From a bacterium (lineage in GTDB: Bacteria > Patescibacteriota > Microgenomatia > JAMCZE01): a stretch of DNA of 64,000 bases. Shown here in pieces: positions 50,122 to 59,246 of this stretch. The translations under genes and the position numbers were made by a program. Under the pieces are notes generated by a model. That model was not told the origin of the DNA, ran no database searches, and saw nothing but the letters and a program-made list of their open reading frames with translations. Each line of letters starts with the position of its first letter. Positions within the stretch are counted from its first letter, which is position 1. Where the stretch lies: positions 287,765-351,764 of the forward strand of contig JAKBJL010000001.1 of NCBI GenBank assembly GCA_021836035.1, written 5' to 3'.

Positions 50122-50590
50122 ATTTTATTCTTCTCCGCTATAGCCATAAACGAAACTCCGCTAAGATGGGGCGAAGTCGAAGGGCTGCGGGCCAACGATT
50201 CTCACTGCAGCCTCAACGTCCAGAACTCTATGCATCTTCATATAATTAGAACCCCAGCCTCGACACTCAGAAGTTTGAAAGGAGTTTTTAATCTCCTGGA
50301 TCCCATAGCTAAGGTTTCACCATTCCGTATTCACTAGGGAAATAAAATATTCGGACCGGAGCCTTGAATTCTGGCTTTCGAGGGTGTTTTGACGGTTCGA
50401 ATCTTTCGAAAGAAAAACGGTGGTTTAGCAAGATCTTTCGGCCTTTTTTAGAGAGTACGGTGGAAGGGCGCACGTGCTTGCTGCCCCTCTTGAACTTATT
50501 CAGCAACAGGAAACTTGAGATAGATGCCGATATAAGTTCAATAAGGTTGGTATATTCTTTCCTTCAATTGGAAACAGGAATTATGGTTAA

Positions 50591-51805
50591 TTAAACAATT
50601 TTTTCCAAAACCAACAAACTTTGTCCTTTATAGCGTTTCCTGTCCTTAATTATAACCGTTTTGTTTCCCTTCAAATTTTCCTCAAGCCTTGTTATTGGGG
50701 TTGAACTTGCGGCAAACAAGGCAACACCATTTTTTTCGAGGTTGTTTATGGTCTGTTCGGCTAACGCTAAAATTGCTTTTCTTCCTTCGTCTTCCCTTAA
50801 TGTGGCAACGACCATTCCGCTTTCCTTCATATTTTCGAGTATGCCGACACAGTGACACAGCTTGGTGTTTGATGAAGAAAATCCATTATGAGCCAAATTC
50901 AAGGCAGTGTAACGAAGTGTCAATAAATCCCTATCTGCAACGACCACACTTTTAGGGTTAAAAAGTTTTACTGAAAGCACGGGAATGTGCCCTTGCCCCG
51001 AATTAACAAACAAAAGGTTGGATAAGTGTTTTTGTCGAATTGAATATAGATAGCCAAATACAAGTTCGGTTTGGTAATCGAGGGTATCAAATTCTGAAAT
51101 TGTATGGGCCGTTTTTAACCGATACTTTATTCCTTTATAGGAAAAATCAGTTTCTTTTCTTTCATACGCACCAAGTTCTATTCCTGTTTTGTTACGATTC
51201 AGCTCGACAGATTGTTTTTTGAACGAGTAGTGAAAAACGCAGCAATTGGGTGTCATTTTTTCAAAAAGAATAGTTATATTAGGGTCGTTTTCAAGAATGG
51301 GTCTGACGGTCGATTCAAGCGGGGCGACGACAACAACCGTAACTATTCCGCTTGGCTTCAACAAAAAGACTGCATTTTTGAGGAAATAGGAAATAGCTTT
51401 CTCACCTGCTTTTGCAGGAATGTTAGAGATGATTAGGTCGAAATCCTTATCCTTAATATCATCAAATCCTAGACTACCGTATATTTGCAGGTCGCTAAAT
51501 CCATTCAAGAGAGCGTTTTGTTTGCTGTATTCAATTGCCAAAGCATCTCGGTCAACCATTTGGATTTTCCTTCTGTCATCTTCAGCTTTCAGTGCGACAC
51601 CTATGGTTCCGTAACCACAACCCAAATCGAGAACATTGTTTATTTTCTTATCAGGTAGGTTTGAAAGGGTGCGAAGCAGAAGTTTTGTGCCAGCGTCAAT
51701 GTCAAAACTACTGAAAAGGTCTTGAGAAACCCGAAAGGATAAAATCTTGCCAGCAAAATAGAGTTCAACTGTCTTTTTATAAAATACATCTTCAGGAGGG
51801 TTCAT
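50591..51805 (-). CDS. Class I SAM methyltransferase (RsmC/MTS-like, two domains), island cargo
   Basis: LFSSFDIDAGT.LLL, VLDLGCGYG, IISNIP; degenerate second domain. Confidence 0.8.
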   Translation of the reverse strand: MNPPEDVFYKKTVELYFAGKILSFRVSQDLFSSFDIDAGTKLLLRTLSNLPDKKINNVLDLGCGYGTIGVALKAEDDRRKIQMVDRDALAIEYSKQNALLNGFSDLQIYGSLGFDDIKDKDFDLIISNIPAKAGEKAISYFLKNAVFLLKPSGIVTVVVVAPLESTVRPILENDPNITILFEKMTPNCCVFHYSFKKQSVELNRNKTGIELGAYERKETDFSYKGIKYRLKTAHTISEFDTLDYQTELVFGYLYSIRQKHLSNLLFVNSGQGHIPVLSVKLFNPKSVVVADRDLLTLRYTALNLAHNGFSSSNTKLCHCVGILENMKESGMVVATLREDEGRKAILALAEQTINNLEKNGVALFAASSTPITRLEENLKGNKTVIIKDRKRYKGQSLLVLEKIV

Positions 51806-51915
51806 TGAGACTAATTATAAGGCTCTGTTTGCAAATTATCTAACCCCGACAATCTTCTTTATGTTGCGAGACTATGCTGATTAAATGCATATATCTATCG
51901 AAGAAGTAATGAAAT

Positions 51916-52401
51916 ATGACCTACGAAGACAAGTTAAAATTGGTAATTGAGGAACTGCTTGAGGGCAGGAAGGCTTCTATAGATGGTAATTCTGCCAAAA
52001 TATACTCAAAATCAACGCTTGTTTCAAAGATACCACTTCCAGAGATTAAAGACATTTTAAAAGGTTTGGAAGCGAGGGAAAAAGTTCTGACTGTTTGGGC
52101 AACACCCACAGCTCTTGATGCTGGAGCGGTTTTCATTCCTGCTGTCATTAAAGAGTACTTCGGAGTTGCTTTTAACGACAATTTTGATGCTTGGTATGCT
52201 AAGTTTCTTATTTCCCAGAAGAGTAAATTAGGCAATTTATCCCGCAGTAACTTTACTGGTGTTTATAGTTTGTTGCACCAAATCAACCAGAACTTTGAGT
52301 TGGCGTCAAGCGAAAAATTGGTTTTGCAATTCATTGAAAATCACTACCAGATTGACGGAATGGAACACGCCGACTTGGTCGAGTTACAGGAGGATTACTG
52401 A
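51916..52401 (+). CDS. Hypothetical protein, probably 3'-truncated
   Basis: ORF ends where the recombinase-like fragment begins in another frame. Confidence 0.45.
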   Translation: MTYEDKLKLVIEELLEGRKASIDGNSAKIYSKSTLVSKIPLPEIKDILKGLEAREKVLTVWATPTALDAGAVFIPAVIKEYFGVAFNDNFDAWYAKFLISQKSKLGNLSRSNFTGVYSLLHQINQNFELASSEKLVLQFIENHYQIDGMEHADLVELQEDY

Positions 52402-52747
52402 GAGCTACTATAACCAAAAGCGGGAAGAGTATCGAGGCAAACAAAAGGAAATTAACGAAAAAATCAACAAACTTCACTACGCTGATGAGGAATACTACAT
52501 TACGGCAAACTACCTATTACAACTTGCTAAACGCTCTTATGAGCTTTTCTTGAGTTCTGAACCGATAGAAAAACGACAACTTTTGAAGTTGACACTTCAG
52601 AACTTACGACTGGAAGGCGATTTAGTGCGCTATGACTTGATAAAACCCTTCGACAAAATCTATTTGCACGCCTCTCGTCAAGAGTGGCTGCCCAGCTTGG
52701 ATTCGGACCAAGATACCGAGGTTCAGAGCCTCGTGTCCTACCGTTAG
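52393..52747 (+). pseudogene. C-terminal fragment of a large serine recombinase
   Basis: ITESYYNQKREE coiled coil...EKRQLLKLTLQNLRLEG...KPFD...WLP, ending inside the tRNA; catalytic domain absent. Confidence 0.6.
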
Positions 52748-52758
52748 ACGACCGGGCA
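52685..52758 (-). tRNA. tRNA-Gln(CTG)
   Basis: TGCCCGG...CTCTGAA anticodon loop...CTGGGCAGCCA; T-loop reads TCCGAAT. Confidence 0.9.
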
Positions 52759-52799
52759 ATAGGTATATTTTACCAGATGTGAAACCTGAATGGAGAAAA

Positions 52800-53351
52800 T
52801 TAGTTTTCCGGGGGGAGGTATTCTTCGCCGCCGCCGTCTTCTGTACCGTCCGGAGCACTATTTACGACATCTCCGGGCTTAAGCCAATGTACATAAGTGC
52901 AGCCGGTAGGCTTGTGCGCTTCCCGGTCCCAGCCGGCAGCAGAGCATTTTTTCATCCGTTTACCGGCGTTGGTGGTATATAAAACCAGAGGTTTGCCGCA
53001 TTCCGGACACTCCTCATCCAGCGGTTCCGTTGTCCCATTAATCCATTCGACGTAATCGCAGCCGGTGGCCTGCCTGGTGGCCTTATCCCAGCCGCCGTGC
53101 GAACACTTTTTCATTTTCTTCCCGAAACGGGTAACGACCAAAAGCAGCGGCGCTCCGCACTTGGGGCACTTCTCAGGGAGTTCTTTGGGTTCTACCGGCA
53201 GCCACATTACATAATCGCAACCCTCATTTTTCTTTGTTTGGGGGTTCCAGGAGCCCTGCGAACAATGCCGGAGCCTTTTACCGCCTGCGGTTTCGATAAT
53301 TTCACCCAGGGGGCTGCCGCATTTCGGACAGATATTATTTTCTTCAGCCAC
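52800..53351 (-). CDS. Stand-alone protein of three topoisomerase-type C4 zinc ribbons
   Basis: CPKCG...C..C repeated three times, with an acidic tail. Confidence 0.8.
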   Translation of the reverse strand: MAEENNICPKCGSPLGEIIETAGGKRLRHCSQGSWNPQTKKNEGCDYVMWLPVEPKELPEKCPKCGAPLLLVVTRFGKKMKKCSHGGWDKATRQATGCDYVEWINGTTEPLDEECPECGKPLVLYTTNAGKRMKKCSAAGWDREAHKPTGCTYVHWLKPGDVVNSAPDGTEDGGGEEYLPPEN

Positions 53352-53437
53352 ATGTTTAAGAGTAACATCCCCCTAACGGTAACGTCAATAACGGGCAGAG
53401 TACGGCGAACTTGCTTCCTGCTGTATAATTTCTGTCT

Positions 53438-53914
53438 ATGGCTTTAGAGAAAGAAAATCCGGTAAACTTACGGAGTAACCGGCGTTATGCTGAGGCCCTG
53501 GCTGATCTTATCGGCAGCCTCTCCCGTGAGGAAATAGAGGTGGCGGTTTTCCCCGGTGACTCGGCGATTAAATTGGCGGAGGAGGTTATAGGCCGGGTAA
53601 CGCTTCAGGATATTTATTTACCGCGGTTTGTGAAAATACCTCACCTGGTAAACCGGAGAATGTATAACGGTCCGCTGGAAAAAAGAGTACAAATAATCCG
53701 GGATCTGGTGCCGGAACGGGAAGGTGTGGCTGTCGTAGATGACATTTCGGCTTATGGCGGGAAAATCCGGGGGTTACGGGAAAGTTTTATTGCCGCAGGG
53801 ATCCCGATAAGGTTTATTATTTTAGCTTCACAGTATCAGATTGATATTCCCGATGTAACCGTGATCCGCCCCTCCGATTCTTATTTAGTTCACTATTTGC
53901 GCTTTCGTTACTAA
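53438..53914 (+). CDS. Phosphoribosyltransferase-like protein
   Basis: VAVVDDISAYGGKI resembles the PRPP-binding loop. Confidence 0.5.
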   Translation: MALEKENPVNLRSNRRYAEALADLIGSLSREEIEVAVFPGDSAIKLAEEVIGRVTLQDIYLPRFVKIPHLVNRRMYNGPLEKRVQIIRDLVPEREGVAVVDDISAYGGKIRGLRESFIAAGIPIRFIILASQYQIDIPDVTVIRPSDSYLVHYLRFRY

Positions 53915-53980
53915 CCGGCTCACTTTTCTGTTTTTTAAAGTTATTGCTTTTTAACTGCTGGTTAGTTATATAATGAAATT

Positions 53981-54172
53981 GTGACCTCGTCTACGACGCT
54001 AGATATCCTGATTTTTCTGGCTGTTGCTTGGGATATGGCCTGGAAAGGAATCGGCCTTTGGCATGCTGCCCGTAACAGACAGACCAAGTGGTTCGTAGCG
54101 ATTCTGGTAATCAATACTTTAGGTATTCTCCCGATTATTTACCTCAAATTTTTTCAGCGCCACTCAGATTAA
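53981..54172 (+). CDS. Small membrane protein (DUF5652-like)
   Basis: WKGIGLWHAARN.Q.KWF...INTLGILPIIY. Confidence 0.75.
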   Translation: MTSSTTLDILIFLAVAWDMAWKGIGLWHAARNRQTKWFVAILVINTLGILPIIYLKFFQRHSD

Positions 54173-54750
54173 CTTTCCAAATATTGCCGGGCATAAACGT
54201 ATCCCCAAAGAATTGCCAATCCCAGAAGGACCGTTGCCGTTTTGGTTAAGAATTTTCTGTTAGCCAGGCAGACGGCTTGCCAGGTTAAGCATAAGAGCAG
54301 CATTTCATAAAGAGTATCCGCTGCTTCTTTAGCCGGTGTGGACATAGCAATATCCTGTTCAATCAGTTCATAAGCCTTCTGGCCGATAAGCGCTTTTTCC
54401 GCCAGGGTTTTAGACGGTGGGGTTAGCGATCCTTTTTCTAAAATCCGGGCTTCGGCGGTATAAATTGCCGTACCGCTGTAAGCGGCGAGCAGAAAGATCT
54501 CCGTCAGGGGAGAAAGAATATTATTTCCCCAACGCGGACGGGGCTGATAGCAAAAGCAGCTAAAGGTAGCGGCTAAAACCCGGCAGGGGGCATAATAAAT
54601 CCGGGATTTAAGGGGCGGTAAAGGAAAATCACCGCTTGCTGCTGCCGGAGGAAAAGCGATACTTTGCCTAACACTATCAACTAATTTCCCCGCCAGAGGA
54701 TCGCGGTAGGACGGATTAAAAGTATTTAGGCTGGCGGCGGATATAACCAT
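54169..54750 (-). CDS. Hypothetical membrane protein
   Basis: ORF with hydrophobic segments; ATG a few nt after a -10-like motif. Confidence 0.4.
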   Translation of the reverse strand: MVISAASLNTFNPSYRDPLAGKLVDSVRQSIAFPPAAASGDFPLPPLKSRIYYAPCRVLAATFSCFCYQPRPRWGNNILSPLTEIFLLAAYSGTAIYTAEARILEKGSLTPPSKTLAEKALIGQKAYELIEQDIAMSTPAKEAADTLYEMLLLCLTWQAVCLANRKFLTKTATVLLGLAILWGYVYARQYLES

Positions 54751-54849
54751 AAACTATCTTAATGGGAGAGTATAAGAGGCCGGTAAGAATCACAATAAAA
54801 ACAGGTAAAGGGTATTAAGCTTTAAAAGAAGCGCGCTATGGAGCGGGAG

Positions 54850-55188
54850 TTATCCCGGAGGGGCCAGGTCATTTTCTGTTTCTACATGGTCATCCCGGAT
54901 AGCCAGGAAGCCGGGGCGAGAGTAAGATATAGCCTTTCTTAAATTGGCAGGCGGTAATTTTGGTTCGGAGACCCGTCGCACTTTTTGGGCTAAAAAATTC
55001 AGGGCATCAGTAAGGTCGCGAAGTTTGCGGTTGGATTTTAAGCGGGTATAGACGCGGCTGGATAAGTTGGCCAGACGAAAATTAACAGGAACCAGCGGAT
55101 TCGCAGACAGCGGAGAAGCAAAACTGAAGATTAAAGCTCCGGTAATGGTCGGGAACACTGCGACGGTTCTGATTATTTTCCGGTGCAT
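54850..55188 (-). CDS. Hypothetical protein
   Basis: ORF with a signal-like N-terminus. Confidence 0.35.
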   Translation of the reverse strand: MHRKIIRTVAVFPTITGALIFSFASPLSANPLVPVNFRLANLSSRVYTRLKSNRKLRDLTDALNFLAQKVRRVSEPKLPPANLRKAISYSRPGFLAIRDDHVETENDLAPPG

Positions 55189-55362
55189 GGACAGCTGACG
55201 CTCCTTTCTTGCTTATAGATTAATATGAAATATTGATCATTATCTATCCTTTAAGTCAGTATATCACCGGTGTCAACCCCGTCTAGGCCAAGTATTCGGT
55301 TGTACTTTCTATGCGAAAACGTCCCATGCTTGGTTTTTGACGGGGCAGGGGGATCAGGGGAT

Positions 55363-55695
55363 TTATTCTTTCTTTGCCCGGCGGATTTCAGCAAGAATTT
55401 CTTTTTTTACTTTGGCAGCCTCCGCACGGATTTTTTCTTCGATATCTTCCTCGATCTCTTTTTTTAGGTAATCCAAGAGCTTTCGGTCGTAAGGGGTTTT
55501 ATGAAAAGCGGTTAAAAATTTTTCATGTTTTTCCTCCGGCAGATGGGTGAGAATAGTTTCCAAGACATGGTGGTGCAGAGCTTCGTCTGCGAGGCGCAGC
55601 AATTCCTCTTTCTCGTCGGCACTCAGGGAATATTGTTCCAATTCGGTGCTGATTTCCTCGATCAGAATCAGATGATCATAAAATATTTTTGCCAT
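55363..55695 (-). CDS. Conserved-looking helical hypothetical protein
   Basis: IFYDHL...HHHVLETIL.HLP...H..FL pattern; co-oriented with gltX. Confidence 0.7.
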   Translation of the reverse strand: MAKIFYDHLILIEEISTELEQYSLSADEKEELLRLADEALHHHVLETILTHLPEEKHEKFLTAFHKTPYDRKLLDYLKKEIEEDIEEKIRAEAAKVKKEILAEIRRAKKE

Positions 55696-55716
55696 GGTAA
55701 TTTAGCCTCTCCCTTT

Positions 55717-56655
55717 CTAAGTTTTATATGCCAATGCCGGATTGCCCGTAACTACATTATATTCTACCGGGCCTAAAGGAACTTTGTGATCCGGGTCGTC
55801 CAGAAAAAAGAGCACTACCGGATGGTTTTGCTGTCCGTAGTTAATTCCCAGGTAAGCCATGACTTCCGGTGAGCCGCCGAAGTGCTTTCCCGTCCAGATT
55901 GCCGGACCGGCGTCCGCGACGGCAGCGACAACCACTTTGCCGTTAGCGGGGTTGACAACGACTACCCGGCGATATTTATACCAGGCGGCCAATTGGGCGG
56001 TATCCGTTAGCCAATTGGGCAGATATAAAGTTTGGACCGCGACATAATAGCGTTCTGTATTTTCCAATTCCGGGGTAAGTTGGCTTGGGGAATAAGCAAA
56101 ATAGCCCCAACCGCCCAAACCCGGGGTGATGCCCTTGTCGATATATGCTTCGTGTTGATAAACCGTATCCCCGGGATAGCGGGGTAAATGCTGTTCGGCG
56201 CCCATCCGGCCGTAATCATTATTGAGGCGATGCCCCTCCAATTCCGCTTTGGCATTCAGTCCGAGAAGGTTATTTAACTTTTTACTTATTTCGTTTTCCT
56301 GGTCAGGGGTTAATTGCCAATGATCGGCCGGAGGAAGGATTGCCTGAAGGGCTAGCGCCAGGTCGTGTTCTAAAAAAACCGGAGTTGCCACCGAGACGGC
56401 ATAGGCGGTGGGCTGAACACCGGTCGGGGCGGAGGGGGCAGAGGTATGAGCCGAAATCAGCAAACTGCTGGCCAGCGCTCCGGAGGTGAGCAGTTTTGCG
56501 GCATGCTGGCGGATTTCTCCCGGCCGCAAGCCCACTTTCCGGAAAAATTTTGCCGCGGTAGCGTGTGAAGCAAGAAGCTTTCTTTCAGCGGCGAAATTTT
56601 TCAATTTCAGCCGGGATCTTAAGAGCTCGACATTAAGTTGCGGTTTAGGATTCAT
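55717..56655 (-). CDS. Membrane-tethered protein with RlpA/DPBB-like C-terminal domain
   Basis: TM segment, GAEQHL motif, VVVNPANGKVVVAAVADAGP. Confidence 0.6.
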   Translation of the reverse strand: MNPKPQLNVELLRSRLKLKNFAAERKLLASHATAAKFFRKVGLRPGEIRQHAAKLLTSGALASSLLISAHTSAPSAPTGVQPTAYAVSVATPVFLEHDLALALQAILPPADHWQLTPDQENEISKKLNNLLGLNAKAELEGHRLNNDYGRMGAEQHLPRYPGDTVYQHEAYIDKGITPGLGGWGYFAYSPSQLTPELENTERYYVAVQTLYLPNWLTDTAQLAAWYKYRRVVVVNPANGKVVVAAVADAGPAIWTGKHFGGSPEVMAYLGINYGQQNHPVVLFFLDDPDHKVPLGPVEYNVVTGNPALAYKT

Positions 56656-56686
56656 GGCAGAAATTAGATCAGCAAATAGCTTAAAG

Positions 56687-58087
56687 CTAATAACTATTTG
56701 CTTTAAGCCGTTTAATTGTTTCCGCTTCTCCCAAAATTTGTATGATTTCTCCAAGCGGTGGGGTAGCGGTTCGGCCGGTTATGGCGATACGCAAAACCAT
56801 AAAATAATCTCCCACTTTAAGGCCGTGAGACGCGCAATATTCCCGGGCTTTTTCCTCCAGAAATTTACCGTCAAGTTTTTCGGAGAGGACGGACGCGGCG
56901 TGTTCTAAGATTCTATCAGCGGATTTAAAGCCCGAGAGACTTTTCCGGTCGACGGCGGGGGGATGGAAAAAATAACCGGCTTGATCGTCAAACTCCTTAA
57001 GGGTAATTAAGCGATCGCGGATCAGGGGCAGAACCCTCACGATTTCCCCCTTATTATAGGTACTGAATTTCAGCAATCTTTCTGCCAGATTTTCATAATC
57101 CATCGCCCGGAGATATTGCTGGTTGAACCAGTTAAGCTTGTCGAAGGTAAAGCGGGGATTGGCTTTATTCAGGTTCTTTAAATCGAAGGTTTTGGTAAAT
57201 TCTTCCAAACTGAATATTTCTCGGTCATTGCCCGGGTTCCAGCCCAAGAGCATGAGATAGTTTAGTATCGCCTCCGGCAGATAGCCGTTTTCCAGGAAAC
57301 TGCGGGCGGAAACCGAGCCCCGGCGTTTGCTCATCTTTCCTTCTCCCGCCGGATCCAGGAAGACCGGCAGATGGACAAAGGTAGGCGGTTCCCAACCGAA
57401 AGCGCGGTATAAAAGGATATGTTTGGGCGTAGAGGAAAGCCATTCGTTCCCCCGGATAATGTGCGTGATTTCCATCAGGTGGTCATCAACTACTACAGCC
57501 AGGTGGTAAGTGGGAAAACCGTCGGATTTTAGAAGTATCTGGTCGTCGAGAGAGCCGGAATTGACTTTTATTTTCCCCATGACTACATCTGTGAAAGAAA
57601 TTTCTTCCCCGTCGGGAATTTTGAGCCGGATCACATAGCTTTCGTTTGCCGCAAATTTATGTTTAACTTCTGCGGGTTTCAGGTTACGGCAGTGGCGGTC
57701 ATAACCGGGCAATTTACCCTCAGCCTGTTGTTTTTTACGCAACGCTTCTAGTCGCTCCTTAGAGCAAAAGCAATAATAGGCTAGACCCTGGTCGACTAAC
57801 TGCTTTGCATATTTTTGATAGATGGGTAGTCTTTCTGATTGGTAGTATGGTGCAAAAGGGCCGCCAACCCGCGGACCCTCATCATAGCTTAAACCGTAAT
57901 CCCGGATCACAGCCAATATCCGGTCGACCGCTCCTTCTACCAAACGTTCCCGGTCGGTATCTTCGATTCGCAGGATGAACCGGCCTTTATTATTTTTCGC
58001 CCAGGCGTAATTGTAAAGCAGGGTGCGGATATGGCCGATATGATATTCGCCGGTAGGTGACGGCGCCATCCGGGTACGTACAGTCAT
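56687..58087 (-). CDS. gltX: Glutamate--tRNA ligase
   Basis: APSPTG..HIGH and KMSKR. Confidence 0.97.
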   Translation of the reverse strand: MTVRTRMAPSPTGEYHIGHIRTLLYNYAWAKNNKGRFILRIEDTDRERLVEGAVDRILAVIRDYGLSYDEGPRVGGPFAPYYQSERLPIYQKYAKQLVDQGLAYYCFCSKERLEALRKKQQAEGKLPGYDRHCRNLKPAEVKHKFAANESYVIRLKIPDGEEISFTDVVMGKIKVNSGSLDDQILLKSDGFPTYHLAVVVDDHLMEITHIIRGNEWLSSTPKHILLYRAFGWEPPTFVHLPVFLDPAGEGKMSKRRGSVSARSFLENGYLPEAILNYLMLLGWNPGNDREIFSLEEFTKTFDLKNLNKANPRFTFDKLNWFNQQYLRAMDYENLAERLLKFSTYNKGEIVRVLPLIRDRLITLKEFDDQAGYFFHPPAVDRKSLSGFKSADRILEHAASVLSEKLDGKFLEEKAREYCASHGLKVGDYFMVLRIAITGRTATPPLGEIIQILGEAETIKRLKANSY

Positions 58088-58160
58088 ACTTAGATTCTAG
58101 CACAGACGAATTGATAATTTGTCCTTAAACGCTGATATAATAATGGAAGATTACCTGCCC

Positions 58161-59246
58161 ATGGCCAATCTTACCGAAACCGCTTTTTATACCCGCCGCT
58201 TTGTTAAATTTTCCGTATTTGCGGTTATCGGATTTGTTATCCTGAAGATTGTTTGGGGCATCGGATTAGCAGTTTGGAGCAAAGTATTTCCGCCGCCTCC
58301 TCCCCCGCCGACCCTGGCTTTCGGGCAGCTGCCGAAAATTAATTTTGCTCCGGCTTTGGTAGCTTCCGCTTCGGCTCAATATACTTATATTTTAGAAACG
58401 GTAGACGGTAAATTGCCGAAATTGCCGGTAACCGCCAAAGTATATTTTTTACCGCAGTCGGGGGTAACTTTCGGGGATTTTGATAAAATGCGCGCTCAGG
58501 CAAGCCGTATGGGTTTTACCGGTGACCCCAAAGTTATTCCGAATCAGGTAAACGGTTGGCATTTTGACGATTCCCAAAATCCTTTGCGGCATATGGATTA
58601 CAATGCGACCAGCGGCAACTTTCATATCTATTATGATTTCGGTTATGACCTGAATCTTTTTGCCGAACGGAATTTCGGGTCACCCGAAGAAGTGATTTCC
58701 CAGGCGGTCGCTTATTTTAGCAACCTCGGCCTGATCCGCGACGACCTTTCTTCCGGAGAACAGAAAACCGCTTATTTCCGGCTGGAAGCCGGTAGTTTGG
58801 TCCCGGCGGAAAGTTTTGCCGAAGCCGATGCGGTAGAAGTTAATTTTTACCGGGAGAAGATTAAAGACGGTGAAGAAACTTACCCGGTTCTTACTGCCAA
58901 CCCCCGGCAGAGCTTAGTTTCCATTACCCTTTCCGGCAATAGCAACCAGACGAAAAAAATTCTGGATGTCCGTTATTATTATTGGGCATTGGACAGGGAA
59001 AATTGGGCGACTTATCCGCTGCAATCTGCGACTGCAGCGTTTGAAACTCTAAAATCCGGCGGCGCTTATGTTACCTCGCTTTTGCCGGCAGCTGATGAGA
59101 AAAAGCAGATTACTATCCGCAAAGTATACCTGGCTTATCTCGATCCTTTTCCGCCCCAGACATATCTTCAGCCGGTGATCGTATTTTCTGACGAGAAAAG
59201 TTTTATAGCCTTCGTTCCCGCCATCACTTCTAATTGGTATAAGTAG
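58161..59246 (+). CDS. Membrane-anchored hypothetical protein
   Basis: TM helix, poly-Pro, FGQLP, C-terminal YLQPVIVF. Confidence 0.65.
   Translation: MANLTETAFYTRRFVKFSVFAVIGFVILKIVWGIGLAVWSKVFPPPPPPPTLAFGQLPKINFAPALVASASAQYTYILETVDGKLPKLPVTAKVYFLPQSGVTFGDFDKMRAQASRMGFTGDPKVIPNQVNGWHFDDSQNPLRHMDYNATSGNFHIYYDFGYDLNLFAERNFGSPEEVISQAVAYFSNLGLIRDDLSSGEQKTAYFRLEAGSLVPAESFAEADAVEVNFYREKIKDGEETYPVLTANPRQSLVSITLSGNSNQTKKILDVRYYYWALDRENWATYPLQSATAAFETLKSGGAYVTSLLPAADEKKQITIRKVYLAYLDPFPPQTYLQPVIVFSDEKSFIAFVPAITSNWYK

Larger units (their letters stand above)
50480..52693. mobile_element. Decayed integrative island at the tRNA-Gln 3' end
   Basis: GCTGCCC direct repeat at 50480-86 and 52687-93 (the latter in the tRNA acceptor); visibly AT-richer and CCGG-poor; recombinase C-terminal remnant running into the tRNA. 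Confidence 0.6.
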
